Below, piece by piece: positions 59,953-64,000 of a stretch of 64,000 nucleotides of DNA; position 1 is the stretch's first letter, and each line of letters starts with the position of its first letter. The position numbers were made by a program, and so were the translations under genes. The stretch spans positions 8,866,001-8,930,000 of the forward strand of contig CATNEN010000039.1 of NCBI GenBank assembly GCA_950097015.1, written 5' to 3'. The DNA is from Macrostomum hystrix. Taxonomy: Eukaryota > Animalia > Platyhelminthes. The notes under the pieces were generated by a model, which saw nothing but the letters and a program-made list of their open reading frames with translations, was not told where the DNA came from and ran no database searches.

Positions 59953-62900
59953 ATGGCTGTGGACGCGGATAGCATTGACTCACTCATTCAGGCCATCACC
60001 GGCCTCAGCTATTCTGAGGAAGAAATCTCTAAAAATTTTGATAAAATACCTCCTTACCTGCGAATTTATGAAGCTGAAACAGCGGTGAGAAGCCTCTTAG
60101 AAATTTTGCTTTAAAGTTTAACAATCTTTTTGGATTTACTGAAGATCTACTTATTTGCTTGTTCTTATTTTTATTCAATGCCCAGGAGAAAATTCGCGTT
60201 GTGCGTACCCTGCCAGTTGTTGCCAGCAATATTGGCCCTGCCAAGGTCAAAGATGTTCTCATTCCCAAAGTTGATGGTGAGCCAATTCCATTTTCTTATT
60301 TCATGTTTCTGTGAAATCGGATGTATGGAAGGAATAAATAATGTAGTCAAGGTCTGTGAGTGACTTATGGCTGTTGTAATGAAAGCTTGGGATTGAGTAA
60401 TGGCTGTTGTAATGAAGGTCGGAGAGTGAGTAATGGCTGATGTAATGAAAGCTTGGGAGTGAGTAATGACTGATGTAATGAAGTGTAGCAGACCTCTCAG
60501 CTCTCTTTCTATTTGTTGGATTTGGGATTGGTGAGCTGAGTATTGGGGGGGGGATGGTAGCGTAAGTTATGAGGGTGAGAATAGGTATTTTCCACGCTGT
60601 TCGGGTTATACCTAAGGTAGCGCTAATGCCCGAGCGGCAAGACACTAGCTACTAACAATGGGAGCGGAATTTACTGCTGCTGGCACGAGGGCTAAGGTCA
60701 CTGATCTGGGGCACACAGTCCATGGGGCGTATCAGGATGGATCGAAGTTGCCTAGTGTACATCCTTTGCACTCTCACTTACTTTCCTCTATGGGGTCCGG
60801 GATTAGTACAGTCTCATGAGGGATAAAGGCGGAGTTTTCAGGGACTTCAGGGGGTATTTAAGGAACTTTTAGGTGGACTTCAGATAGACTTCAAGTGGAC
60901 TTTTGGACGGGATTTTAGGACGGTATATTGGGATTTCAAAGGGATCATATAATAGGGTGGGTTTTGGTAAAGAAGGCCGACGAGAGATCTTTAGGAGAGG
61001 ATTGGGAAGGCAAAGGTATCTTTAACTGTTTTCCTTCTATTAGGAAAATAACTAAGGAAGTCGGTCTATTTAATAGCGCAACAGGAAAAAAGAGTTAGGA
61101 AGTTTTACTCGCTTATATTTCGTCGAGAACTAATGTTATTGGTATGACTGGGGAGCGAGGGAGCAGGTTGAACAGGTAGAGGACGGTTGAGCAAGGTGAG
61201 GATCGCATTTATATTTTTTTCTCTATATATACACAAAGAAATTGGGGTGGGTGCATGTTTCCACTTGAGAGCAATATTACGTACAAAGAGCACTGCGTGA
61301 AATGACATTTAGCTAGCGCGTGAAGAAAAGTGGCTGGAATTTAAAATGATAAAAAATCCTAATTTATACACTGCCTCAGAAGGTCTGAGAGTGAGTAATG
61401 GCTGATGTAATGAAGGTCTGGGATTGGGTAATAGCTGATGTAATGGGGGTCTAGGATTTGGTAATAGCTGATGTAATTAAGGTCTAGGATTGGGTAATAG
61501 CTGATATAATGAGGGTCTAGGATTGGGTAATAGCTGATGTAATGAGGGTCTAGGATTGGGTAATAGCTGATGTAATGAGGGTCTAGGATTGGGTAATAGC
61601 TGATGTAATGAGGGTCTAGGATTGGGTAATAGCTGATGTAATGAGGTTCTAGGATTGGGTAATAGCTGATGTAATGAGGTTCTAGGATTGGGTAATAGCT
61701 GATGTAATGAGGGTCTAGGATTGGGTAATAGCTGATGTAATGAGGGTCTAGGATTGGATAATAGCTGATGTAATGAGGGTCTGGAAGTGGGTATTGACTG
61801 ATTTAATAAATATACGCATTTACATTATTATTAGCTGTCAACCATTAAACAGAGCTAATAACTGCGTCTATCAACAATGGCGAGGATGAGCTGTTGATGG
61901 AGCTGTGTCGCCAGCTGGGCACGTTTCCCCAGTATATGGGCTCGGCTGGCAACATTGTGAACCTAGTCCAGCCACTTGGCAGAGTTCTGTCCTCGGTGGA
62001 GGAGGTTGTCGTTGGCGAAGCGGCAGCAGACGCTCTTATCAAAGTGATCGGCGAACTTTCATCGACGCTTGTTGGAACGAATTGCGTGCCGCTGATTAAA
62101 TCGGTTTTCGATGGTAAGTAAAAATTTTGACGTTCTACTCTTATCGCACTACTTTGCTCGCTTAATTGAAGTAGTATGATTAGGCAATTTTAGATGGATA
62201 CAGATTACACAACCATTAAAATTTCTACCCTAGCTAATACTGGCACAAGCATTTTACAGGCTAATTGAGTGTCAAATTCAAGGACATTCAAGCTTTTCAC
62301 CTCGGGGCTGAAATTCGAGCCCCCGGTCATTAGTCCGAATATCTAGCCACTCGGCAAAACAGCTCACTTATCGCTGCTGCTACGCATTTTTTTCAAAGAT
62401 TTCTCCGTATGTTCCTCTCCAGACGACCTGTACTGCTCATCCAGGCGGGCCGGCTGCCGCCTAATTGTCCCCTGCTATTCCAAGGTGAGCTCAAACGACA
62501 TCAAAAGTGAATTGAAATCGCGCCTGCTGAATGCCGCCAATCAGGAGGAGGAAATTCTTCTGGTGCGCGAGGCCGCTGTGACCCAGCTGGGACCCCTGGC
62601 GCAGCCCGCCAGCAAGGACCGGGCGGAGATCCTGGCCAGCCTGGTGACGCTATCGAATGACAACCATCGCGACATTCGAGCCGCCAGCGTGCGCTCCCTG
62701 CTTGATGTGATTAAAGTGCACGGCGACAAAGAACTTGAGGCCACCGTGTTCCCTGTGCTAGAGCGTTATTGCGAAGATTCGCATCGGAATACGCGCCAGA
62801 ATTTGGCCACACACATTGCCGAGTTTCAGACTGTTTTTAATAAGGCCAGCAAGCAGCTAGGTGAGTAAACTTATCTGGTCATTTGATTTGTCATTAGACC

Positions 62901-63546
62901 CGATCTGTCATTTGTCATTTGTCATTAGACCCGATCTGCAAATCCATCTGATCATTAGACCCAACCCATATTGCATAGCCCCGGCATTCGCTACATTCTG
63001 CGCAGGACCTCTGTTCATCCGCCTTTGGGAGGACAACGAGCCGGAAGTCCGTCGAGCCACTGCTAAGAATCTGTCCGCCTTCGCCGACGCCTGCGCCAAG
63101 GAGACGCTGAACAGCCAGCTGGTGCCCAAGTTGAAGGAGCACCTGGTCAATGAGCACGACGATCGTGTCAGACGCGAGATTATTTCTGAGACGGCCCGCC
63201 TGCTCACCAAGATTCGCAAGGAAGACGCCGCAGAGCTGGTTCGTACGGTGGTCAGCCTGATCACTGAGAGCGGCTCCGCTGGCGCCAAGCAGGCAGTGTT
63301 CGACCATCTCAAGGACATCCTATCCGTGAGTACTGGGCAAAATGGCTTGTCTTGACCCCAGCAACCAAGCTTAGTTGCTTTTATCTAAGTTATCTTGCAT
63401 CCAAATCGAATCCCCGATCGCAGATTTCTCCACCGGCTGATCTTAAAAATACCATCATTCCGAGCCTGATGAAGCTGTACAGCGATCAGAACTGGCGTGT
63501 CAGACTGGGCGTTGTCAAGAACCTGCCAGAATTGATGAGCGCTGTG
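59953..63546 (+). CDS. Divergent PP2A scaffold (PR65/A, PPP2R1-like) HEAT protein; 3' end lies beyond the window
   Basis: Exons 59953-60084, 60186-60276, 61853-62113, 62423-62860, 63006-63325, 63424-63546. Colinear with PP2A-A: EDELLMELCRQLGTF, LSSVEEVVV, CYSKVSS..IKSEL, DNEPEVR, DQNWRVRL. Confidence 0.85.
60484..61378. mobile_element. Solo LTR (Gypsy-type termini) inserted in an intronic minisatellite
   Basis: 895 bp with TGTAGCAG...CTGCCTCA termini (TG...CA, imperfect inverted repeat) and 4-bp TSD GAAG. The interrupted repeat unit resumes on the other side. Confidence 0.75.
61379..61790. repeat. 33-bp minisatellite (GGTCTAGGATTGGGTAATAGCTGATGTAATGAG); left part at 60340-60483
   Basis: Directly visible. 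Confidence 0.93.
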
Positions 63547-63554
63547 GTGAGCCA

Positions 63555-64000
63555 TCTCCAGGTATTGCGTCCCCTTCCCAGCCTTGAATCCTCAAATCTC
63601 CAGGTATTGCGTCCCCTTCCCAGCCTTGAATCCTCAAATCTCCAGGTAGAGCGTCCCCTTCCCAGCCTTGAATCCTCAAATCTCCAGGTAGAGCGTCCCC
63701 TTCCCAGCCTTGAATCCTCAAATCTCCAGATAGAGCGTCCCCTTCCCAGCCTTGAATCCTCAAAACCCCAGGTAGAGCGTCCCCTTCCCAGCCTTGAATC
63801 CTCAAATCTCCAGATAGAGCGTCCCCTTCCCAGCCTTGAATCCTCAAATCTCCAGGTAGAGCGTCCCCTTCCCAGCCTTGAATCCTCAAAACCCCAGGTA
63901 GAGCGTCCCCTTCCCAGCCTTGAATCCTCAAATCCCCAGGTAGAGCGTCCCCTTCCCAGCCTTGAATCCTCAAATCCCCAGGTAGAGCGTCCCCTTCCCA
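63555..64000. repeat. 42-bp minisatellite (CTCCAGGTAGAGCGTCCCCTTCCCAGCCTTGAATCCTCAAAT)
   Basis: Intronic; runs off the window end. Confidence 0.95.

Overview
Eukaryotic, intron-rich animal DNA. Short ~50-80 nt introns, minisatellite-filled long introns, poly-Q/poly-A proteins and tRNA-derived SINEs suggest a flatworm such as Macrostomum lignano (inference). Splicing by hand gives nine protein-coding genes: an MFS transporter (+), a DEG/ENaC channel (-), NPDC1/CAB-1 (+), an unknown beta-propeller-like poly-Q protein (-), a small orphan gene (+), EDEM2-type GH47 mannosidase (-), a poly-Q single C2H2-finger protein (+), a FoxJ1-class factor (-), and a divergent PP2A scaffold A-like HEAT protein (+, runs off the window). 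Mobile DNA includes two hAT MITEs with perfect 8-bp TSDs, a decayed hAT transposon, a solo LTR with a 4-bp TSD, three SINE families and an RTE LINE fragment, plus about 17 tandem arrays. The most notable findings are: (1) FoxJ1 with a rewritten recognition helix (SGVRYNLT for NSIRHNLS); (2) a PP2A-A paralog altered at the B-subunit contact positions but keeping the C-subunit WRVR motif; (3) a SINE/RTE-LINE partner pair and a SINE-LINE chimera nested in another SINE; (4) intronic minisatellites carrying arrays of decoy splice sites; (5) a probable 13-nt microexon in the channel gene. No CRISPR or prokaryotic system is supported.
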